From: Malacoraja senta
Lineage: Eukaryota
DNA: 64,000 bases
Assembly (NCBI GenBank): GCA_038087875.1
Contig: CM075994.1
Span: 5,272,001-5,336,000, forward strand
Direction: 5' to 3'
This document shows, piece after piece, positions 38,437-49,594 of this stretch (within the stretch, counting starts at the first letter, position 1; each line of letters begins with the position of its first letter). Under the pieces are notes generated by a model, which was not told the origin of the DNA, made no database searches, and was given only the letters and a program-made list of their open reading frames with translations. The position numbers and the translations under genes were made by a program.

Positions 38437-40258
38437 CTTACAGAAAGCAGGGTGGGAAGGAGTCCTTTCAGGAAGCAGGGTGGGATGAAGAGGAGTCTAG
38501 ATAGCCATGGGAGTCAGTGGGTTTATTGTGGATGTCGGTCAGAAGTCTATCACCTGCGATGGAGATAGTGAAGTCAAGCAATGGTAGGGAAGTGTCGGAA
38601 ATGGTCCAGGTATATTTGAGTGCCGGATGGAAGTTAGTGGTTAAGTGGATGAAGTCAGTCAGTTGCGTGTGGGTGCAGGAGGTAGCCACAAAGCAATCGT
38701 CGATGTAGCGGAGGTAGAGGTCTGGGATGCGGCCATGGTACGCCTCGAACAAGGATTGTCGCCGTAGCCGACAAAGAGGCAGGCATAGCTGGGGCCAATG
38801 CGCGTGCCCATAGCTACGCCTTGTATTTGGAAGGAATGGGAGGAGTCAAACGAGAAGTTATTCAGGGTAAGGACCAACTGCGCTAGGCGGAGGAGAGTAT
38901 CAGTGCACGGGTATAGGTTGATTCTCGGGTCGAGGAAGAACCGGAGGGTTTTGAGTAAATCCTGGTGGGGGATGGAGGTGTAGAGCGACTGGACGTCTAT
39001 GGTGAAGATGAGGGGATGGGGGCCTAGAGAATAGAATTCCCGCAGACGAAGGAGAGTGTCTGAGGTACACAAAAATGCTGGAGAAACTCAGCGGGTGCAG
39101 CAGCATATATCGCGCGAAGGAAATAGGCAACGTTTCGGGCCGAAACCCTTTAGAAGGGTTGCCTATTTCCTTCGCTCCATAGATGCTGCTGCACCCGTTG
39201 AGTTTCTCCAGCATTTTTGTGTACCTTCCATTTTCCAACATCTGCACTTCCTTCTTTAACAACAGAGTGTCTGAGGTGTCTTGAATATAGGTAGGGAGGG
39301 ATGTAAGCAGGGGGTATAGGATGGAGTCAAGATATGTGGAAATAAGTTCGGTAGGCCACGAACAGGCAGAGACAATGGGTCTAGCGGGACAGTCAGGTTT
39401 GTTTATTTTTGTGGAGAAGGTAAATCGGACCGTGCGGGGCTGGGGAACGATGAGGTTGGAGGCTCGGGGGGGGGGGGTAGTGAGCCGGTGTGGATGAAGT
39501 CAGTGATAGTGCTAGAGATAGTGGCCTGGTGCACGTCTTTGGGGTCATGGTCCAGGGGTAATTAGGAGGAGGTGTCCGAATGGTGGCGCGTGGCCTCAGC
39601 TTTGTAGATATCGACGGGCCAGACTACCACGGCACCTCGTGTCGGTGGATTTGATAACACAGTCTGGGTTGTTGCGGAGTGAGTCGATGGCTGTACGTTC
39701 AGTGGGGGAGAGTTTGGAGTGAGACAGGGGAGTGGAGAAGTTGAGGCGGTGGATGTCCCGCCGGCAGTTTTGGATAAAAAGGTCCAAAGTCGGAGGGCCA
39801 CGAGGGGGGGGGGTCAACGAAGACGGGAAAAGGGATCATCAATAGGGGGCGAGGACTCCTTCCCATGTAAGAACGCTGTGAGCTGATCTCGCTGTGGCTC
39901 AGCACTTCAACACCCCCTCCGATTCCGAATCCGACCGCTCTGTCCTGGGCCTCCTCCATGGCCAGAGTTAGCACCAACGGAAATTGGAGGAGCAGCATCT
40001 CATATTCCGCTTGGGAAGTCTGCACCCTAGAGGCATCAACATTGAATTCTCCAATTTCCGGTGGCCCTTGCTGTCTCCTCCCCTTTTCAGCTCTCGCTCA
40101 GACCTCGGGCTCTTCATTTTTCCTTTCTTCTCCCCGCCCACCCCCCCCCCCCCACCATACACCAGACTGAAGAAGGTTTTCGGCACCAAACGTTGCCTAT
40201 TTCCCACGCTCCATAGATACTGGTGCACCCGCTGAGTTTCTATTGCACTTTTGTCCAC
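38437..40258. mobile_element. Penelope-like element with internal inversion: RT on minus (38437-39873), GIY-YIG C-terminus plus pLTR on plus (39874-40258)
   Basis: DVQSLYTSIP, GVAMGTRIG, YLRYIDDCF, KPTDSHGYL on minus; VAQHFN...RKLEEQHLIFRLGSLHPRGINIEF on plus. Confidence 0.9.
39067..39263. mobile_element. Penelope-derived fold-back insert within the Penelope RT
   Basis: Near-perfect palindrome; 14-bp TSD AGAGTGTCTGAGGT at 39053-39066 and 39264-39277. Confidence 0.85.
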
Positions 40259-41751
40259 CATACATTCTTATCCATTCGAAAAGGCCGAAAGGGGTGATGG
40301 TGGCCGTCCTAGGGACGTCTTCGGGATGGACCGTAATCTGATTATACCCGCGGACGAGCTGGACCTTCGAGAAGAAGTTTGGGCCCTCCAAATATGCAGA
40401 GAAATCTTGGATGTTCGGGATTGGGTACCGATATGCCGTGGTTATGGCGTTCAGACGCCTGTAATCACCACAAGGTCTCCAGCCCCCGGACGCTTTGGGC
40501 ACTATGTGCAGCGGGGAAGCCCAAAGGCTATCCGACAGCCGGACAATCCCCATGTCCTCCATAAACTGGAACTCGTCCCATGCGATGCGCAGTTTATCGG
40601 GCGGGTGGCGGCGCGCGCGGGCGTGAACCGGTGGGCCCTCGGTGGGAATGGGATGGACCACGCCATGACAGGGCCCGAACCGGGGCGTGAGCAACACTGG
40701 GAATTCAGTGACAAGTGCTGCGAAAAGTTGCTGGATCTCAGCTACCTCGTCGAGTTGCGGTTGGGGCGTGGACGGGTTGCGCGGCTTGGCAGGGCACAGT
40801 TCCGACACTGCAACCATGATCCCGCCTCGCACATCGACCAACAGGGAGAACGGGCGCTATAAAACTGCCCACAATCTCGGAGTGGCGACGTCAGCAACGG
40901 TGACCTTCCACCTATACGGTAGGAGTCGAAATTTAAGTCCAGGATCCGCGTACCGTAAGTGCGAATATCTCTCCCGTTGACGGCCGAGAGGACGGGTCCT
41001 ACCTTACCGACGCGGGTATCTCGGGCGGTCGGTAGCAGGATGCTGGCTATGGCACCGGAGTCGACCAGGAAACGGTAGCCGGAGTTGCTATAACGGACGT
41101 AGATGCGTTCGTTTGTGCCGTTCGCGTTCGCCTCTATGGGCGATCGGCCGAGGCATTTCCCTGAAATGAATAGGGGCTTCGGCATCTTCGGGCTTCGGTA
41201 CCGTAGCGGAGATGGTCGTAGCACCAACGTCGTAGGCTGCACACCTCCGGCAGCGCCGATGTTCTTTCAGCGCTGATCTAGACTTGCTCTTCCTCCCGAT
41301 GTCGTCTCGGTTGCACCCGTGCCGTGACGGGGGAGCGGCTGAAGGCACAATTGTCCTACCGTCTGTGAGCCCACAGCTCGTGTGCTCTCTATGCGAGCTG
41401 CTGGGAATCGCTGAAAACAGCCCCGACGAGCATCAGGCGAACTTCGTCGGGCATCTGCTCTGGGAACGCCTGTTCGAAGAGCAGACATGGGCGGTGCCCG
41501 TCCATCAGGGCTAGCATCTTAGCCATGATGGTGGATGACCGCCGGTCGCCGACACTGTCCATATGCAGGATCTTCGCCGCTCTGTCTCTACGGCTGAGAC
41601 CGAAGGTGTGCAGCAGGAGGACCTTCAAACCTTCGTACTTAGCGATCGTCGGTGGGTCTGTGATGTAAGGCATCAGCCTCGAGGCACAGTCCTGTGGCAG
41701 AGCTCCTACCACATGAAAGTACTTCGTGTCGTCTGCAATGTTGCGGTGCAG

Positions 41752-42818
41752 GTGGAGGCCGGTGACTAGTGGGGTGCCTCAGGGTTCTGGGTTGGGTCCA
41801 CTGTTGTTTGTCATGTACATCAATGATCTGGATGATGGTGTGGAAATTGGATTAGTAAGTATGCAGATGATACTAAGATAAGTGGTGTTGTGGATAATGA
41901 AGAAGCTTTTCAAAGTCTACAGAGAGATTTAGGCCACTTGGAAGAGAGGGCTGAAAGATGGCAGATGGAATTTAATGCTGACAAATCTGAGGTGCTACAT
42001 CTCGGCAGGACAAATCAAAACAGGACGTACATGGTAAATGGTAGCGAATTGAGGAATGCAGTTGAACAGAGGTATCTAGGAATAACTGTGCATGGTTCCC
42101 TGAAGGTGGAATCTCATGTAGATATGGTGGTAAAGAAAGATTTTGGTGTGCTGGCCTTATAAATCAGAGCATTGAATATAGAAGTTGGGATGTAATGTTC
42201 AAATTGTACAAGGCATTGGTGAGGCCAATTCTGGAGTATGGAGTACAATTTTGGTCGCCTAATTATAGGAAGGATGTCAACAAAATAGAGAGAGTACAGA
42301 GGAGATTTACTAGATTGTTGCCTGGGTTTCAGCAACTAAGTTACAGAGAAAGGTTGAACAAGTTAGGTCTTTATACTTTGGAGCGCAGAAGGTTAAGAGG
42401 GGACTTGATAGATGTCTTTAAAATTATGAGCGGGTTAGACAGAGTGGACGTGGATAAGCATTTCCTTTTGAGAGTAGGGAAGATTCAAACAAGGGGACAT
42501 GACTTGAGAATTAAGGGACAGAAGTTTAGGGGTAACATTAGGGGGGAAGTTCTTTACTCAGAGAGTGGTAGCTGTGTGGAATGAGCTTCCAGTGGAAGTG
42601 GTGGAGGCAAGTTCGATGTTATCCTTTAAAAATAGATTGAATGGGTATATGGACGGGAAAGGAATGGAGGGTTATGATCTGAGTGCAGGTAGATGGGACT
42701 AGGGGGAAGTAAATTAAAAAACAAATAATAATAATTAAAAAAAATGTGTTCGGCACGGACTTGAAGGGCCGAGATGGCCTGTTTCCGTGCTGTTATGGTT
42801 ATATGGTTATATGGTTAT
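41752..42818 (+). mobile_element. 5'-truncated CR1 (family B) inserted in Gypsy gag
   Basis: [27 protein letters not shown]; (TATGGTTA)n tail; gag sequence continues on both sides. Confidence 0.92.
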
Positions 42819-43674
42819 AATTATGCCTCAAAGTGGGCGAACCGCAACTGAGGTTGTTCCGGCCAAAACGAAGGTAATTTGAAGCCCTGTGAGCCCTGCC
42901 TCGTGTCGGCAGATTCTGAGGGATCGTAATCTTCCTGCATGATCTTCTTTGTCTAACGTCGGCTAGACAGGTCGGGGTCACCAATATGGCTGATGTAAGA
43001 ACGGCAACCAAGTTTTTATTAACTTTTTAATTTCAGAAACAACTCCTTGATTTACAGGTCCTCACAAACACGTCTGAGAACAACGGTGGTCAGCACACAA
43101 CTGCGGTGCGAAAGCGAAACCGCGCGAAAAGAGCAGCCCCTCCCGAATCACGTGCCGCGGCTTCCGAACGCCTGGTTCGATACCTGCGTGCGCCACCAGG
43201 CGCCGCTAGAACGTCACCAATATCGTCTCACCAGAATGCTGCCTGTTTCGCTGAGTTACTTTAGCATTTTGTGTATATCATTTACAATCAACCTGTCTCT
43301 CGGATGTGTGATGAATCGAGAGTAACCGCTAGAAACATAAGCAGTCACGTGGAGAGGGTGAAAGATCGACAAAACTGCAATTCCCATGGCCAAACCTGAA
43401 ACCGGGTTCCCCTCCGACGCACCACCATTAGTGGATATTTGTCGATTAGTTCATCAGTCGTTTGCAAATTACCATACATAACTGCCACTTTCCCACTCAC
43501 AATGCTACACAATATTGTTTGTTATTTCCTATTCCCACATAAAATTCTCCTCCATCTCCCTGAAGGGAAGCATTTATTTCGCCTCAGGCTGTGCATGTTC
43601 GAATTGGAAATTGCCTCCCTCCCCATTTTTTTTATCTTTCAGTTCACAGTTGAAATATTTCCTTCCATGTTCGA

Positions 43675-44294
43675 ATGAGATTTACTAGAATGTTGCCTGG
43701 GTTTCAGCAACTAAGTTACAGAGAAAGGTTGAACAAGTTAGGTCTTTATTCTTTGGAGCGCAGAAGGTTAAGAGGGGACTTGATAGAGGTCTTTAAAATT
43801 ATGAGCGGGTTAGACAGAGTGGACGTGGATAAGATTTTCCCATTGAGAGTAGGGAAGATTCAAACAAGGGGACATGACTTGAGAATTAAGGGACAGAAGT
43901 TTAGGGGGAACATTAGGGGGAACTTGAAGGTACACAAAAATGCTGGAGAAACTCAGCGGGTGCAGCAGCATCTATGGAGCGAAGGAAATAGGTAACGTTT
44001 CGGGCCGAAACTATTTCCTTCGCTCCATAGATGCTGCTGCACCCGCTGAGTTTCTCCAGCATTTTTGTGTACCTTCGATTTTCCAGCATCTGCAGTTCCT
44101 TCTTTAAAATTAGGGGGAACTTCTTTACTCAGAGAGTGGTAGCTGTGTGGAATGAGCTTCCAGTGGAAGTGGTGGAGGCAGGTTCGATGTTATCCTTTAA
44201 AAATAGATTGGATGGGTATATGGACGGGAAAGGAATGGAGGGTTATGGTCTGAGTGCAGGTAGATAGGACTAGGGGGAAGTATTTTATTTTTAA

Positions 44295-44335
<41 letters not shown>

Positions 44336-44416
44336 AATGTTCGGCACGGACTTGAAGGGCCGAGATGGCCTGTTTCCGTGCTGTTATGGTTATATGGTTA
44401 TATGGTTATATGGTTA
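43675..44416 (+). mobile_element. CR1 (family B) 3' fragment carrying a Penelope fold-back insert (43926-44108)
   Basis: RFTRMLPGFQQLSYRERL; (TATGGTTA)x4 tail; insert flanked by 14-bp TSD ATTAGGGGGAACTT (43912-43925, 44109-44122). Confidence 0.92.
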
Positions 44417-44786
44417 ATGTGAAAATGCTAGAATTCGATTTCCCTCGACTGGAGAGCTCACATATGTAGTTCACACGATACTTTAAGATGTTCAAATAAT
44501 CTCCCACAGAAATAATAAAACGCATGATTAATTTTGAAAACTCGATTATTTTTCTAAATGCAACACTATCCGCTCGCGTGTTTTTACCATCTTCGGTTAT
44601 TCATTGATCATGAGCAAATTAACATGTTTCATGGTGTACAAAGTGCAAAGGCGGCTCATTCTCTGAAGAGAAAATTGCATTGTAGCCAAAGTACTTTATT
44701 TGGTGATCGTTCAAGCTGTTAACGGAACGACATTGTACGGCGAATTTTGTTTAGTTGGCACATACACTAAAATATAATCAATATAC

Positions 44787-44822
44787 CTGATTGGCCGCCA
44801 ACAGATTTCTTTTCTCTTGGAA
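44787..44822 (-). CDS. Micro-exon candidate, 36 nt, phase 1-1 (xPREKKSVGGQS)
   Basis: Acceptor tgttttaacattacag, donor CAG|gtatat. Confidence 0.55.
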
Positions 44823-45362
44823 CTGTAATGTTAAAACACGTGATAAGGCTTCAGAGTCAATGCCACCTGTCGATCACATAGACATTTTGAAACAGGCAAT
44901 GCCGAAGTATAAAATACCGTTTAATTGCTAAAGATTGTATCTTCGGAATCGACGTTAAACATCGAGGAAATGAATTTACAGATCTACAATTCGTCACTGC
45001 ATTTGATAATTAACACAATGTGATTTCAGAGCCTGCGATGTGAAATCCTAGAAATATATATCTTCTGGAATTAAAAAAGTCCCACATTGCTTTAGATTGT
45101 ATCTGTTTTTTTGCTTGTGCTGAATATTCTGTGCAAAATCCCAGTAGTTAACTCGCACAGAATACCACCTGTATCTTTTATTCAAAGAATATATGAAATG
45201 TGCTAAATGATATCGCCTATTCAGTTATTTTGCGACTTTCCTTGAAATAAACCTAGCCACACATATCCCTTTCAAATCAGAACTTCAGAGCTATCATCTT
45301 CTGTGCGGTATTTGAAAAGGTATTCCTAATATTTGACAGGCCATGGTAATTTCCCGTATAGG

Positions 45363-45394
<32 letters not shown>

Positions 45395-46629
45395 CGATGC
45401 CATTTCGTTCAGTCTTATCGTTGAATTCCAAGGGTGCCACCTTCAATATAGAGTCATTGTGTGATAGAGCGTGGAAAATAACATTTCGGCCCAACCTACC
45501 CGCTGAGTCACCATACCTCATCGCTACTAATCTCTCCCTGCCTGCGTTTGGCCCATATACTTCCAAACCTATGCTACCCGTGTAAGTCTCCACGTGTATT
45601 TTAACACACGATAAAGCAATTGCGTGAAGACTTCATAATGTTCTGGCGCTGAACGTTAGGGCTTACCCTGACAACCTCGTGATTTTTTACACACCTTACA
45701 TTTGCCTTTCCCGACTTATCTTAACTTCAATGCATACATTATTGTATTCTCTGAGATGATCAATATGATATAAGTTATACGTTGTTACCTCGTGTGCTCA
45801 TTTTAACGACGGTATTCCTTTCTCCTTTCCAATCTTCAACTTGACTTGATTTCGTGTTTCGGCCAATCGGTGGTCCAATATATTTATCCTCATCCATAAT
45901 AGATCTTGCAATACAGAAAAATACGATATGGTTATATTTTATATATTTATATCTTGTAAAACTCTTCTTAAACTAGTCATAGCATTGACATTTTTATCTT
46001 ATAATTACGAGCACTTGATTAGATAAGAGCTGACGTTCCTGCAAGCATTGTCATAGTTATTTTATGATGACTGTGGTACCTTTAATAAGCGGTCACAATT
46101 TATTGCTAACATCGAAATTAAAACCGGAGACCTGGGGGGTTGCAGACTCTAGAATACTGATCGACAATTGAAAGGGTGGAAGAACTCCGCGGCTTAGGCA
46201 GCATCTGTGGAAGAGTCAAAATTAAAAGCAGACGCATCTGCGATGGGAAATGGACGTTCGACCTTCTGGTTGTGACCTTCGTTAGGCTAACGAGGGGACC
46301 CGTATTGAAGCGACGTATGTCCATTCCCGTCCGCAGTTGGATTGATCCAGCACATTTTTTATACATGAATATTCCAGCTTCTGCAGCCTCTTGTTCCTGC
46401 AGGAACGCAAGTAAGCCACACGGACCAACGGGCATTTCCTGCCATTTATGTTACAGATCAACTGCGAATTTCCGGTCACGTATGAGGCCCTTTAATCCTC
46501 TCCTTATCACGAATCTAAAACAATAAAATATTCTCTTTCCACCTCGTTCTAAATAAGGAAATTTGGATCATTTACAGATTTCCTAATGGCGGAGGACGTG
46601 ATTGCCTTATCTATGAAATAAAGATGTAC

Positions 46630-46659
46630 GCTTATTTACGAACAGTTCGGACGGTATTT
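46630..46659 (-). CDS. Micro-exon candidate, 30 nt, phase 1-1 (xIPSELFVNK)
   Basis: Very strong acceptor ttctgttttattttgttccag, donor AGC|gtacat (weaker). Confidence 0.5.
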
Positions 46660-46837
46660 CTGGAACAAAATAAAACAGAATATACTCAGTGTGACACGGC
46701 ATACAAAGAAGAGAAAAAACGGTATAGGTCTTAAGTGCAATGTCCAAAATCATTCATCAGCTCTGGGAAGCAGGGAGTAAAATATCTTTAACCCAGTGAA
46801 AGGTTGTTGGAAGAAATGACCAGGTTTCCGACCTCAC

Positions 46838-46870
46838 CAGCCACTCCACGCCTTATAATATGTTTGCTTA
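46838..46870 (-). CDS. Micro-exon candidate, 33 nt, phase 1-1 (xSKHIIRRGVA)
   Basis: Donor CTG|gtgagg is strong; acceptor catcgtgtacggtag is weak. Confidence 0.3.
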
Positions 46871-47742
46871 CTACCGTACACGATGCAACACGTCCTTTTA
46901 CTTATTTTACGATCCCACGACCCAGGGACCTAAACAGGTTTTGCAGGTGAAAGTGATCCATTCGCACGTATTTCGATCAAATGTACTGTATTCGAAATTC
47001 TCAGTATGGTATCTTATTACCTTATTAGAAAATGTAGCCAATACATTACAAAATGTAGCCAAGAATGTTGTAAAAACAAGCCTGAAGACTTTGTGTCTCA
47101 ATGCAAGGAGCATTCGTAATAATGTGGATGAGTTGAATGTGCAGATAGTTATTAATGATTATGATATAGTTGGGATCACGGAGACATGGCTACAGGGTGA
47201 CCAAGGCTAGGAGGTGAACATCCAGGGATATTCAATATTCAGGAGGGATAGACAGAAAGGAATAAGGAGGTGGGGTAGCGTTGCTGGTTAGAGAGGAGAT
47301 TAACGCAATAGAAAGGAAGGACATTAGCTTGGAGGATGTAGAATCGATATGGGTAGAGCTGCGAAACACTAAGTGGCAGAAAACGCTAGTGGGAGTTGTG
47401 TACAGGCCACCTAACAGTAGCAGAGGAGTTGGGGATGGCATCAAACAGGAAATTAGAAATGCGTGCAACAAAGGTAATACAGTTATAATGGGTGACTTCA
47501 ATCTACATATAGACTGGGTGAATCAAATTGGCAGGGGTGCTGAGGAAGAGGAATTCTTGGAATGTATGCGGGATAGTTTTCTAAACCAACATGTAGAGGA
47601 ACCAACGAGAGAACAGGCTATTCTACACTGGGTATTGAGTAATGAGGAAGGGTTAGTTAGCAGTCGTGTTGTGCGTGGCCCCTTGGGCAAGAGTGACCAT
47701 AATATGGTTGAGTTCTTCATTAGGATGGAGAGTGACATAATT

Positions 47743-49163
47743 ATGAATGAATGAATGAATGAATACTTTATTGTCATTATAACATGTAAACATGTACAAC
47801 GAAATTAGAAATGCCAACCAGTCAGTGCACCCTTCACACATTTTCTAAGAGCAAAAGTCTAAGATAAACAACTAAAATAAATAACATGAAAAAAAAACAT
47901 TATTCTGTCGATTTCACAGTCCGTTTGGTGTGTAGCACACCTGCATTCATTTGGCGGCTACATTAAGTGTAGTTATTGCTGTGGGATAAAAACTGTTTTT
48001 GAGTCTGTTTGTCCTTGTCCTCATTGATCTGTACCGTCTGCCTGACGGCAGCAGTTCAAACAGGGAGTGACCGGGTGGAAAATGTCCTTTATGATCTTCT
48101 GGGATTTTTTGAGACAGTGGGAACCGTGTAGGTCCTCCAAGGTGAGGAGAGGGCAGCCGATAATTTTCTGGGCGTTGTCAATAGCCCTCTGGAGCACTTT
48201 CCTCTGAGCCGCATTGAAGCTGGTGTACCACACGCATACACAGTATGTTAAGATGCTCTCTATTGAACACCGATAAAAGGATAGCACCAGTCTCTGGGTG
48301 ATTTTGTTCTTCCTGAGCACCCTCAGGAAGTACAGTCTCTGCTGGACCTTTTCAGCAGCGCAGAGGTGTTCACGCTCCAAGTCAGGTCCTCCTCAATGTG
48401 GATTCCCAGCAAGCGGAAATCCGCCACCCTCTCCACACAGTCCCCATCGATGATTAGTGGTGTAATGTCCGTTTTCTTCTTTCTGTAGTCTATTATGACC
48501 TCCTTGGTCTTTGAGGTGTTGAGGAGCATGTTATTTTCTCCACACCACCCTGTCAGCAGCTCCACCTCATCCCTGTAGGCGTACTCATCCCTCCCAGAGA
48601 TGAGCCCCACCACCGTGGTGTCATCCGCGAATATGACAATGGTGTTACTGTGGTGGGCGGGGGTGCAGTCATATGCGTAGATGGTGTAAAGCAGGGGGCT
48701 CAGCACGCAGCCCTGTGGAGAGCCGGTACTTGAGGCTGAGGGCCGTAGATGTGTGATGGCCCACTCTAACTCTCTGACTGCGTCCCGACAGGAAGCTCTT
48801 TATCCACATGCAGGTGGAGTGTGGAAGTCCCAGGTCCCCCAGTTTGTCCACCTGTTTGTGGGGAAGGATGGTGCTAAAAGCAGAGCTGTAGTCCACAAAG
48901 AGCATCCGCACGTAGCTCCCCCGCTGCTACAGATGTGACAGTGCAGCATGGAGGTCTGTGGCTACAGCATCCTCTGTGGATCTATTCGCTCTATACGCAA
49001 ACTGGTGGGGGTCAAAGCTTCGGGGCAGGAGTGATGTGATGTGACCCCGGACCAGTTTTTCAAAGCACTTCATCACCACTGGTGTGAGTGCGACTGGCCG
49101 GTAGTCGTTGAGACTGGAAATGTGGGTTTTTTGGGCAAGGGGACTATGGTGGAGGACTTCAGA
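47743..49163 (-). mobile_element. Rex1/Rex-Babar LINE, 5'-truncated, nested in CR1
   Basis: RMLFVDYSSAF, LSPLLYTIY, IFADDTTVVGLIS, QQRLYFLRVLRK, FYRCSIESILTYC; ACAATAAAG plus (ATTC)n tail. Confidence 0.93.
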
Positions 49164-49594
49164 CCCAAGGGTTTTGAACTTAAAGAAATGTAATTTTTGA
49201 GGGTATGAGACGTGAATTGGCCAAGATAGACTGGCAATTGATTCTTAAAGGGTTGACGGTGGATAGGCAATGGAAGGCATTTAAAGGCTGCATGGATGAA
49301 CTACAACAATTGTTCATCCCAGTTTGGCAAAAGAATAAATCAGGGGAGGTAGTGCATCCGTGGATAACAAGGGAAATCAGGGATAGTATCAAAACAAAAG
49401 ATGAAGCATACAAATTAGCCAGAAAAAGCAGCCTACCAGAGGACTGGGAGAAATTCAGAGTCCAGCAGAGGAGGACAAAGGGCTTAATTAGGAAAGGGAA
49501 ATAGATTATGAATGAAAACTGGCACTGAACATAAAAACTGACTGCTAAAGTTTTGTATAGATATGTGAGAAAAAGATTAGTTAAAACAAATGTA

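Larger units (their letters stand above)
36729..43210 (-). mobile_element. Gypsy LTR retrotransposon, CsRn1-like clade, decayed, with nested Penelope and CR1
   Basis: LTRs 36729-36971 and 42985-43210; 4-bp TSD ACGT; PBS TGGTGACCCCGAC (tRNA-Trp); G-run PPT 36972-36983; gag LPSFWP and CxxHx9Cx3(C>Y); protease FLVDSGA; RT WRPCGDYRRLN, TPFGLFE; integrase HNQAHP...CIAC, LTIVDRFS, YHPES. Confidence 0.95.
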
